NCBI GenBank assembly: GCA_013239625.1
Contig: MU053881.1
Span: forward strand, 16,236,373-16,300,372
DNA: 64,000 nt
Direction: 5' to 3'
Origin: Lama guanicoe
Taxonomy: Eukaryota
Of the stretch, positions 25,001 through 37,000 are shown in pieces; the stretch's first letter is position 1, and every line of letters begins with the position of its first letter. The notes under the pieces are model-generated. The model saw only the letters and a program-made list of their open reading frames with translations. It had not been told where the DNA came from and made no database searches. A program made the translations under genes and the position numbers.

Positions 25001-28000
25001 TGCTCAACTTTTGAACCCCATGAGGAAAGGGACTGCATTGGGCTTGTTCAGCTCTGCAGCCCCAGGGCTGGGCACAGCCCCTGGCCGAGGGCAGACGCTT
25101 AGTATCTGTTAACCAGCACAGTGAGGTTCCCAAAATGTATGATTAGATAAATCCATGATATAGAACGGGTCCCATTTGTGCCTTAAAATGGTTACTTTTC
25201 ATGCTTAGATATGATTATGTGCGTGGCAGAAAGTTCTAGAAGGACACAAACAATAGTAACAGTCGCACTTTCCTCTCGGGAAAGGAACAGGGAGGTGAAG
25301 GAAGACTAGAATACACAGCAAAGCAGGCTGAGACCCCCAGGACCCCCTCACATTACACCTGTGACAAACAGCACCAAAGAGCTCCTGGGGAGCTCCCTGT
25401 GGTGGGCAGGGCGGTCAGAAGTGTGAGGACACCTTTTTAGGACAACAGGGACAGCGGTGACAGGGTTCTTCTTAAGGCTCTCGATGATCTCTGGAGCCTT
25501 GTCGCCATAAATGCGGTGGATGGCGCGGCGCTGGATCACCTCCGACGTGCCCCCCAGACAGTCGTCCAGCCGGAACTTCTCCTGGTCTTCCGGCGCCATC
25601 CGGGACAGCTTCTTCTGCACGCTTTCCAGCACTCGGATAGTGGCCAGGTTGGTCTCCAGGACAACGTCTAACTATGGAAAAGAAGGCAGAAAGGGGTCAG
25701 CTGTCAGGGGGTCAGTGTGGCCCTGGGGACGGGCCTGGGCCGGCAGAAGGCATGGGCAGACAGAGCTGAGGAGGGGATGACGGACATCAGGATGTGGTGG
25801 CCCTGACGCGGGTCCGGGGATCCAGAGCGAGCACAGCTGGTTCCAGGGGTGTGGTCCGGACCTGGGCAATGGCGCAGCCAGTAGAGGCGACGCAGGACTC
25901 GGCACCCACAGACTTGAGACCCATGGGCCGCTCGTCACTAGTGGACCCATCTGAGGGGTACACTTCCTGGGCTGACACTCTTCACAGGCATCAAAGCACG
26001 TTACATTCAGCAATAAAGAAGGGACGCATGGTACACACAGCCCCTGGGGTGACTCTCCAGAATACGTGCTGAGGGGAGCCAATCCCCCAGTTACATCCCA
26101 CATGACTGATTCCATTTAGGACAAAGTGAACGAGGTGGAGGACAGGTCAGTGGTTCCTGGGAACTGGGGAGGCAGGAGAGTAGGGCTGTAAAGGGACAGC
26201 ACGAGGGATCCTAGCCGTGGGGAAACTGTTCACTCAGTGTCTTGCCTGTGGTGCTGGATACACAAAGGATATGCGTGCACACACTTATGCACAATACTCC
26301 CACCTCCACCAGGGTACAAGTCCAACTGGGGAGATGTGAATATTACAGGCTGGGTCAATGTCAACCTCCTGGCTGTGACACCGGGCCAGAGATCCACAAG
26401 CTGTTACCACTGGGGAAGGGATACTGGGATCGCTCTGTTATTTTTCACGCTGCATGTGAATCTACAATGACCTCAGTACAAGTTTTTATTAAAAAATTAA
26501 CTTAAGCGAACCTAATTTTAATGAACGAAACAGACACACACACTCACACATACTGAAAAAGCAGAAAGAGAAAGCAGCGTGACCTAGAAAGCCCGGCGGC
26601 CAGCGAGGTGGGAAAGGGCTGCTCTCAGGAGCTGCCCCCGCTGGGGAGCACTGGGATCCCCGATACTCTGGAGGGGGCTAGAGGGGTGAAGGACCGTCAG
26701 GATACGTCCCCGGGTGCAGAAGTGGGGCCGGCTGGGAGGGCCCCGCGGCACCCACACACGCACCTCAAAACGCTCATCCTCACAGCGGTGCAGCTGCTCC
26801 TCGTAGGGCGTCTTCTTGGAGCTGACGAAGGTGGAGTCCTCTGACCAGGAGGGGAAGGACACCCAGGTGTCGTTCAGCACCTGCGCCAAGAGGAAACGCC
26901 GTCACCGGCGTGCCAGGGCCCCGCAGCCACGATGGTTTACAGGGTGGTCCCATGTAGAAGATATGAGGATAAGTAACAACCCCTAATTTTACAGGAAGTT
27001 ACCTTATCATACCAATAAAATTAAGTTTAAAGTGGTTTTAAGAGAAAACATGACTTTGGTCAAGTGAACAGATCATACTATTTCAGGGTCAGCAAACTTT
27101 CTTCCTAAAGGGCCAGATAATAAATCTTTTAGGCTTTGCAGGTCATCTGGTCTGTCAGGTCTACAGGGATGCCTCATTTTATTCTGCTTCACAGATTTGG
27201 CTTTTTAAAAAAATAACACGGAGGTCTGTGGCAACTCTGCATGGAGCAAGACTATAGGTGCCATTTTTCCAAAAGCATTTGCTCACTTTGTCTCTGTGAC
27301 ACATTTTGGTAATTCTCACAATATTTCAGACTCTTTCATCATTTTTGTTAGTTATAGGGATCTGTGATCAGTGACTTGCTGAAGGCTCAGATTATGGTCA
27401 GCATATCTCAGCAATAAAGTATTTAAAATTTTTTTGTGGGGGGGTAATTAAGTTTTTTCTTTCTTTTTTAGTCTTTAATAGAGGTACTGGGGATTGAACC
27501 CAGGACCTTGTGTATGCTAGGCATGTGCTCTACCTCTGAGCTACACCCTCCCCCAGCACTACAGTATTTTAAATTCAGGTATATAAGGTGTTTTTAGACA
27601 TGATGCTATCGCACACTTAATAGACTACAGTATAGTATAAACGTAACTTTTATGTGCACTGGGAAACCAAAATATGTGTGGCTGGCTTTACTGTAATATC
27701 TGCTTTTTTGCAGTGGTTTGGAACTGAAGCCACGATATCTCCAAAGTATGCCTGTACTCAACTCTGCTTTTGTCCTGGTAAAGCAGCCACAGGCGGTGTG
27801 TAAATGAATGGGCATGTCTGTGTGCCAATAAAACTTTATTTACAAACACAGGCAGTGCGCCGGATTGGGTCATAGGCCATAGTCTTCTGACTCCTAGACG
27901 ACATATCCTGGAATCCAGCAGGCACTCTTGAATTCTGGCAATGCAGTAACAGCCTATCTACTAACTTTGAAAAAGGGTTCACTGGTCAAGCTTAACAGAA

Positions 28001-31000
28001 ACTGCTGAGGGCAGCGAGCCACGGCAGAAATAACTCTAAGTCTACACGATGGAGGAATGAGCCAACTCCTACGCTGGCGCCGTGTGCTCTGGGGCTGGCA
28101 GGAACCACCAGAAGAGTAAGAAACCACCACCTCTGGTCAGGCATTTTGTTTCGCCACATCCCCGCACTATCCATTATTCAATGTCTTGGGGATCAACATT
28201 CAGTCTTCCATCCAGGACACTGGGTGCGGGAGGCGTGGGGTGAGGCACACGCACCACATAAGCTGACATGAGCCCCTGGGGAGCGCTACCTCCTTGCAGA
28301 TGGCTGTCCTCCCGCTGCACTTGGGCTGCTGGTAGGTTTTGGGGAGCGCCCGGTAGCTGGATCCGATGCGCTTGCACGAGGCGTAGTCGATTTCCCGGCT
28401 TATTCCGTCCCCGGATCTGTCACTCATGGGGGGCGCGAAGGACAGCTCTTTCACCCCCAGGAAGGACTTGAACTGTGCAAAGAGTTCTGGAAATTTCCTT
28501 TGGAAATAAAAACAAATGGTTAAGTCGGCATCTAGAGATTGCAGAATGGTTTCATGTAGCCAGTTAAAGGTGGTCAGAATTCAGCATCGGGGAGGAGGAG
28601 CGAGAGGCAGAACGAACATCAGATGTGTAAAGCCACTACGTGTGCGAACCTGCCCCGACCCCATTGTCAATGACCAGGCCCCACCACTTGCAGAAGGTCC
28701 TTGAAACACTCCAGAGAAGATGACCGAGACTGGCAGAAGCTGGGGTAGTGATGTTCCTTGACTGAAAAAGGCTGGACATTAGGCCAGGGGTCAGTAAGCT
28801 ATGGTCAACACACACACATCTGTCTGCAAATGAAGTTTTATTGATGCACAGTCATGCCCATACACTTGGTACTGCCTGTGGCTACCTGTGCACAATGCCA
28901 GGAGCTGGGTAGCAGTGACCCTTGGCCATGACAGATAAAGTCTGCCATCCCTGCTCCAGAGCCCTCCTCTCTCGTGAGGGAGACTCCTCCCCAGAAAATC
29001 CTCTGTTGACAAATTCTCAGGAGTCATAGTGTAATGGTTGTGCCTGTCGATGGGAAGATTTTAATGCAACTGACCCCCAACGTCACCTGGATTTACATTT
29101 AAATAAATATCAAATCCTATGAAAAGGGGGCAGGTGTTTGGACAGCTGCGGTGGTGATCTTGCCGTGACTAAGCCAGGTAGTCTGCCTTCATTAACTACA
29201 TGCCCTCGAGGTGGCTGTCTGCTGCAGCCTGCCTGCAAGGACCCCATGACAACCCAGCTCACAAGGAAAACTCACAAGCCAACAGAAATGCAGGGAGGGA
29301 AGCCATCAACAAAATCAGTGCAGAGGACGCCCAAGGTTACACTCTGAAGGGGAGGGTTACCCTGCAGTCCCTCTCCAGCCCCAACTCCAGCTGTGCCGTC
29401 ACCAGGTGGCAGCTCTCTGGGCCACTGTGCTAAGCCTCCCATAGGTGTGCAAACGCAGAAAGAAACACACATGTGCAAAGAGGGAGCACCAGACTCTGAG
29501 CTCCAGAGACAAACTTCAATATGAGCTCGTGTCCAAATCCATGTAAAAAGCCAGCCACATTTTAGCCAAGACTGTGTGATGCCGCCATCCTGCTCTGGGT
29601 GATCTTTCAGTGTTTACAGATTTTTAGCAGCCCCAGGAAGTTAGTCCAAGTGAAAAGATCACCCTGACCCGTGTACACCCTCAGGACCACCAAGAAGCAC
29701 TTCCTGATGACCCTGACTCAACCGCTGATGATCCCAGCACAACGGGCAGGAGCTCAGCAGTGATGACAGGGAGAGACTGGAGACAAACATCATCACAGAG
29801 CCTGCTGAGAAAACCGCGCTACACACAAGTCAGGCAGTGCTGTGCGGGTGCTAAACACGGTCACGCGGGTCTAAGAAATGCTGGGTCGGCAGCGGAGGGT
29901 GTAGCTCAGTGACAGAGTGAGTGCTTAGCATGCATGAGGTCCTGGATTCAATCCCCAGTACCTCCATTATAAATAAATAAATAAAAGCCTCCCCCCGAAA
30001 AATGAACTTGCCCGTCACCATGCAAAGCTGTCATATGAGAGCTTATCCTGGGGAAAGTGAGAGGCATTCAGTATCTTTCAGCTTTAAAATATACTGAGAC
30101 ACGTCGAATGTATTTAAGTCCATGAGTTCATACAATGCCCAAAAATTCGTCCTGATGAGACAAGAAAGCGACTTCTTACCCTGACACTGTAATTAAGGGA
30201 GAAATCAAGCATCTACCCTGGGCCACTGAAAGGTGAGAAATATTGCTGAGATGCTCTTCTGCAACCCCCAGTGGATGAAGACAAATGAATGAGCCACAAA
30301 GAACTCAGAGAATACTGCCTCCTGACGGACAGAGGGATGTGGGGGACCGTGGAGATGCAGTCAGCAAAGTGCTCCTTCACTGGGGAGGCGCCAACACAGA
30401 AACAGTGAGGAGTAAGTTCAGAGGGGGAACCCAGAGATGAAGAGGGACTTAGAGATATAATATAAAACAAAGCCCAGACGACAAGGTGAGACTGGGCTGT
30501 GTATCTGGTGGTGTCCGCCTGGGTGGCTACACCATAACTGGTGCAGGGAGGTCGCTCCCCAGCTGAGGGAGGGAGCAAGACTGGGACGGCGCGTGGAGGG
30601 GCTCCTGGGGGCTGGCAAAGGTCCATTTGTGACCTGGGTGGTGGGTGCAGCGGCGTTTGTCTAATAATGACTCACCAAGCTGTTCTTCTGTTATGTGGTT
30701 TCCCAGATCTGTGTTTTATTTTACATTAAAAAAAAAGTTTAAAAAGTGTTCTTAATTAATAGAAAGGGGCTCGGATAGCACCTGCCTCTGGGGTTGTCTT
30801 GGGGGCTACACAGGATGTCGCACACAGTCATGAATAAAGTGAGCTCATGGTGTTCGAGATGTTATTTTAAGGGTCTTGCACACAGAGCCCACCCAGAGCT
30901 TTCTGAAACCCTGTGTAGGTATGTTTATGACTCCCGTTTGATGGCATGGAAACTGAGGCTCAGACTGGCTAAGGAACGTGCTCGGCGTGACAGAGCTGGT

Positions 31001-34000
31001 GAGCGGGAAGCATACTGGGAGCCAGCAGACTCCTCCTCCCAAAGAACAGGGAGCTGTGCACGCGCTGCCACCTCCGGGGGCGGCTGGGCTGGGAGCGGGC
31101 GGCTGAGCTGCTGACGGGGCTTTCACCCAGGCAGCAGGGATGCTGAGCACTCATGTCACCCTTCCTGGCAATTTCTCATTGTTAGAATTTTAAAACCCAT
31201 AACGAATCTCCAGGGAATTATGCTGGGTGAAGAGAGCTGACCCTGAAAGGTGACATACCGTATGATTCCATTTACATAATCCTTTCGCTCTGTGTGCTTT
31301 AGAGCTGGAGCACAGGTTATTGGCTGCCAGGGGCTTGGGGCTCAAAAAGGATGTGGGTGTGGATATCAAAGGCCAACATAAAGATCCTCGTGGTTCTGAA
31401 GCTGCTCGGTATCTGGACTGTGGTGGACACACGAGCCTTCACAGGTGACAGAGTTGTACACACACACACATGCACAAGTAAAACAGAAAACCTGAGAAGA
31501 TGGGTGGGTTGTGTGAATGTCAACGTCCTGGTTGTGATGCTGACTACACACATGTCACTGTGGGGGGGACGCTTCCCAGGGTCTGTGTCCTTTCCTACAA
31601 CTGCAGGAGGACCTGTGTGACCTCCATAACAATTTCCACTAAAACATAAAATCGAAAAGCCACATATACCATTTTCCAAAAACAATAGCAAAAGAAGGGT
31701 GAAAGGAATTTACAGAAACAAAACCCACGAGGGGAGCCCAGGGAAGTGTCACTCACCCTAGAAACGGGCTGACCAGCTGCAGGAGCTCGGAGCCAGACAC
31801 GAGTTCTTGGTTGAAGAGTGCGATGCAGCGGAGAAAGTTCTCGTAGACCTCCTGGCTCTTCAGCACCCTGCGCACCTGCGGGGAGAGTGAGCGAGTCAGG
31901 GGGCCCCTGCCAGGCCCAAGCCCCGCTCCTGAGCCAGCTCAATTAGGTATCACTAGGTGCACAGAGCCACCAACACAGGAATGCTCTAAAGGGACCAGCT
32001 GTGGTCTGCAGGGGACCGCTCTCGGTGCGGCAATTCCCGGCTCAGCACGTGCACAGGGCCATCTGGCTGGCTCTGCCCGCTGACTCCGGGCAGGACCCCC
32101 AGGACCATCCCTGCTTTAGGAAAGCCACACAGCTTCCAAGTGACTGACGTGTTCTCAAACTCAGCATGGGCTTCGAGCTCTTCCTTTCCCACCTGTTTGC
32201 TACCTCCCACCCGCTGGCCGCCACTGGCCACCTGCCACTGCTCCCCCCCCAACCTGCTCAGATGTGAGCTGGGTAAGGCCAGCCTGGACGGGAGCAGGCC
32301 CAGAGGTCATCGGCCCTGCCGCTCACCTTGTCAAAGAAGGAGAACTCCTGCAGAGTCCCGTACTTCCCCACGGCAGCGATGGACAAGTCTTTGGTACCAC
32401 GGAGTTTCATTTTCTTCTGTGGAGAGAAATGCTGCGCCAATGATGCTCTGCGCACCCGGCGTCCATCTCTGTTAGTCACAACATCGGCGACACTGAGCCC
32501 TCCCGACGAGAGCCTGGCAGGTGCTGGGTGAGATCTGCCCGGGACCCCTGTGGATACACTTCTCAGGACCACCCACTTTAGCCTCCATGTCCTAATTAAG
32601 AATAAAGGTCATACAAGCACCCTGCCAGCAATCCGAGTTCGAAATCTCAGCAGTTTAGGGCTTTTGATAACAGGCAGAAGCGTCACAGAGGAAGAAGAGT
32701 AAGGGAGACGTGCCCCTAGACACAATATTAGAAACCCCTCCCCTGCCTGTCTTGTCTCGGGGGCTGTGATGGTGACGGGAAGGGGACAACACTACCAGGA
32801 TCCTGCAGAAGCCCAGGTTTTAAATCTCTGTGAAGACATGTCTCTACGCTGGACTGAGACCTGAACTTGGCCACACTCCTGAGGCATCGAGGACGCTACA
32901 AAACCATCCCCCAAATGTCTGAAGAATGATGGAGATGTGTCAAAAGGACACAAGAGCCAGCCCAAAGGGACCTCATTGGCCAAAGCCGAGACAGTTTAGG
33001 TATCTAGATAAACACTGAATGTTCTGGATTATAACCTGGAGTCCAGACTGATGTACGTAATTAAATGGAGATGAAGAAAAGGCTCTTCCTTATAGTAGAA
33101 AGACAATTACTAAATGCACAGAGAATGAAATAATTAGAAAATCATAGGATCTCGGTGCCTCTCACCCCTGAGTGGGGCGCCCTGTGCAGTGCCGATCCGC
33201 ACAGCTGTACGTGGGGCCCTGCCGTGGAAGAGCTGTGATGGTGAAAGGAGCAGACTGAGCAGGACATCCTGTTTCCGCGGGACACAACCTTGTGAACAGG
33301 GAAATAGATGAGCGGCCACCTTAGAGGTGAGCTGACTCCCCCCAGGTCCCACAGCCAACAGATTTCAAGCCAGACCAGAGCCTGGACTCAGTCTCCTGCT
33401 TCAAGCCTGCTGCTCGGGGCCTCTGCGGGCTGCTCCCCAGGTCAGAGAAGGCCAGGCTGCCAGGTGCCCACACAAGCAGACGTCTCGGTACACGGCTGAC
33501 GGTTACCTTTGCTGGCGCAGACACAGGGCGGAGGAGTGAGGGCCGAGAGCGCTTTTTGCTGTGTTCCAGATTCTTTTCGTGCTCACCCTTTTGGACACTG
33601 TTCATTTCACACGGCCCGTTTCCTGTGAACTAAGGACACACACACACACAGGAGGTGGTTAGCGGTGGAGACAGCTGGACCCGTCAGTGCTGGTTCTCGT
33701 TGTATCTGAGCACACGGAACCACCTCTGGCTCAGCCCCTGGCTCCAGGGAGCACTGTCTGCCACAGGCCAGGGGCTCTGTCTCAATGCGAGGTGATCACA
33801 GCCCTTAAGATGCTCACGTTTACTGGAGGAAAGACCCACGTACCCAGATCATCACAGTCCAACGTAGGGAAGCTGGAAGAAGGCTCACAAAAGGCGTCGA
33901 TGGACAAGGGTCCTGCCAGGTGAGGAGGACTCAGTGGGGAGACACTGAAGTTGGGCCTCGGGGTCGAGGGCTCACCCAACAGACCACTGACAAGGTCTCT

Positions 34001-37000
34001 GACTGTGTGTTCGAGTGCACCACAGAAAGGGAAAGCATTTCGGGTGAGAGGACCCGCATATACAAAGCCCTGGCAGCAAGAGAAAGCAGCTGATAGCCGC
34101 CAGGTCACCTGGGGGGCCTTGCAGCCAAATTTGTATCACTTTGTATGAATGAGAAAATGCATCTTGGGGGCAGTATCATAACTTGGTGGGGAGCTTATCG
34201 CTAGTCCTCTGAGGCTCTCTACACCAGGCATTGAGTAGCAGGTCCGGGTGTTGGCAATAATTATGAAGAATGCTTCTGAAAGGATCTATTCAGCATTTGT
34301 ATCCATAAGAAAGTCAGAGCAGCTACGGTGGACAGACTGTAGCTTTTCTGCAGGACGTGGGCAGGGCTGGGGAGGCACCCTGCAGTCAGCCCCACCACCC
34401 TGCCTGCACCCACCCCATCACAGGACCTGTACGCAGAGACACTGCACGAAGGACATGCCGTTGGCCTGAAGCATGGGCTGGATGAACAAAACATGGTGCA
34501 TCCAAACAAAACAGGGGTAACCATCAGATGTGTTATTTAGCTCTGTGTCCCTGTGTCCCCTGTGTCACCGCTAAGGGTAGGTACACCCGATACACTGTTA
34601 TGTGAAATGGGGGAAGAAAAAAAACCCAAAACCCTAGGGGCAGAACAAATAGGACACTGTTTTTAAAAAAGGATAAACATTTGTTTGCATATTCAGATGA
34701 CATTTCTGGAAAGATACATAATATAAGACACTTTTAAGTGCTTAACTCTGAGGAGAATGGGAAACTGAGGCAAGGAAGGAGGGAAGTCTACTTTTCATAC
34801 TGGGTACTCTTACTAATGCTTGATTTTTTTCATGAATATGTACAATTTTTATAATAGTAATCATAATAATAAAGACCTTTTGTTTAACTACAGGCAAAAC
34901 CTGTCCCTTAGGGGATTAAACTTCTTTATAGAATCAGTTATCCGAAGGCTCAAAGCTACTCCAAGAACCTAAAGTGGAAAAATTCTCAACTGGTATTCAT
35001 CACAGATCCCAGAACATGTGCAGATACCAATTCCTAAAGGAGGTGGGGGCGGGTGACGATACCTGCTGAGTAGGACCTGGGGTGGGGGAGGCCAGGGGAA
35101 GTGGGGAGCCCACTGCTCGCCCAGCTGGAAGGCAAGCGCAGCATCACTAATCTTCCCCTAATAGTTCAGACAGTTCTTATGTTTTAGTTAAAAGTCCCAG
35201 TGTGCAAACGCCTGAGGGAGAAGACCCCTCAAAGATCATTCAGGTAAGGGCTGGCAATTCGCCGTGCTCAGCTTGTATTTGTAAATAAAGTTTTACTGGC
35301 ACACAGCCACACCCATCCGCCACCACATGGCCTGTGGCCAAGGACACTATCAGCTCTGCAAAACCTAAGATACTTACTATCTGGTCCTTTCTAGAAAAAC
35401 TGCTGATGCTGATCTAGGCCAAACAGTCCAGTTTAATTAAGACAATATCAAATTTCACCTTTAGTTTCTTTTTCCTGCAGTTTAAATAGAAATCTTCAAA
35501 TTAATATAAAGATCACTTTATACGACAGATTTCTATATGGACATTTTATTAATTTTTAAAAGTTGATTCAATCTTTTAAAATGTACACGACAGCTCTAAT
35601 CCCCCAATGTACACAAAAACACTGCTGAATTGATAACAAATATCATTTAAAGAAACTGTGTGGGCAGGTGCTTTTCTGAGAGAAATGCTCATTTTTCTAG
35701 GATGGGCTTTGCTAGGGTCCAATTTCGTAAATGCCGAGTTATGTCCACCAGGGGGCATGCTACCACAGCCCTCGGAGGACAAGCGGCTGTACCGGAACCC
35801 CACCCTGACCCCAGACGGTAACTCATGAATTCAGGCTGCTCTTGGTGCAAAGCTGCAGAGCCCCCGCGAGCAGCACAGACTGCCAGCGCTACCAGTTACC
35901 ACAGGTCTGCTGTGCACTGTCCGCATGGCGCGGGGAGAGGGGGCTCCCCACCTGCCCCCAAAGCGGTTCCGACGTCTACAGAGGTGCACGACTCAGCAAA
36001 GGCAGGAAGCCGGCTAAGGAAGCTTCCGATCAGCCTAGGGGGCCATCCTCATCACCACTTCCTAGACGAGGGAGCTGAGGTTTGGGGAAATGGCCCCTGC
36101 AGCGGGGAGGGGACAAAGCAAGATGTGAATCACGAGTGCAATCGTGAGCCCCTGTTCCACTTGCCGCACCCACCACCAGACAAGGGCTTCGATCACCCCT
36201 CCCCAGGTTCTCCCCCCTCCCCAGGTTCTCCCCAAGGGTGTCTGGCAGGCCAGGTAGCAGGCTGGCCCTAGAGACACAGAGGGAGGCCCTGGGAGGAGAG
36301 GAAGAGACAGCAGCCTGGATTCTAGGCCTGCTTTCCCGCACACCCACAGCTGCTCTTCCCAGATTACTGAGCAACAAGCTGGGCCCCGCAACAAGCATTT
36401 AAAGGAAAACAGTTGGCCGAATCCCCACCTGAGCAGGGCTGGTCAGCCCCATGCGAGGGGGGAGGAAATGAGGTCAGGGAGGTGACACAGCCAGCTCAAG
36501 TCTGCCTGCAGCGCCCAGCGCCTGAGGGAACCCAGGCTGTGCACTCTTGGGGCTCTGCCCAGCCCCCAACCCCAGGATACCCAAGGCTCCGGGCGGGTGG
36601 GAAAGACTGGTTTCAGCTCTCGGACTTGAGGTCAGCCCACAACGGGCACAGAGCTTCCATGGCTCTGAATCAGGTGCTTCTGGGTGGAATCCCCTCTTAG
36701 GGATGGTGCTCTGTGTCCTGGGGACAGTAATACGGGGGCAAATTCCAACTGGAGGTCCGCCTGATTAACCAAGAGTCTTGAATGGCATTCAAACTCAAAC
36801 TGCTGTCGCCCCCTATGTCCCTTCCTTCAAGACCCGCTGCCCCCGAGCCCTGCGCCTCCAGTGCATCTTCATGACCTGGGAGAGGTGGTGGTGACCTATG
36901 AAGGTGGGGAGAGCAGGACTAGTGTGCTCACATCCCAAGTTGTCATCAAGGGCAAAGAAGAAGGATGAAAAGAGGAAATGGAGCACCCAACAACCTAGGA

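Larger units (their letters stand above)
27084..27897 (+). mobile_element. MER58A (hAT-Charlie) split by a Tigger insertion
   Basis: 5' half cagggtcagcaaacttt..aagggccagata (27084-27163) and 3' half ctcaactctgc..ccaataaaactttatttaca..tgactcctag (27757-27897). Confidence 0.8.

Noticed and set aside
33321..33506. Read-through of SIN3B exon 6 into intron 6 as an equivalent of the mouse short isoform
   Set aside because: The peptide does not resemble the recalled mouse tail, and I saw no sense AATAAA or ATTAAA in intron 6.
36196..36233. 18-bp tandem duplication cctccccaggttctcccc
   Set aside because: It is real but only two copies in an intron, consistent with an ordinary slippage event.
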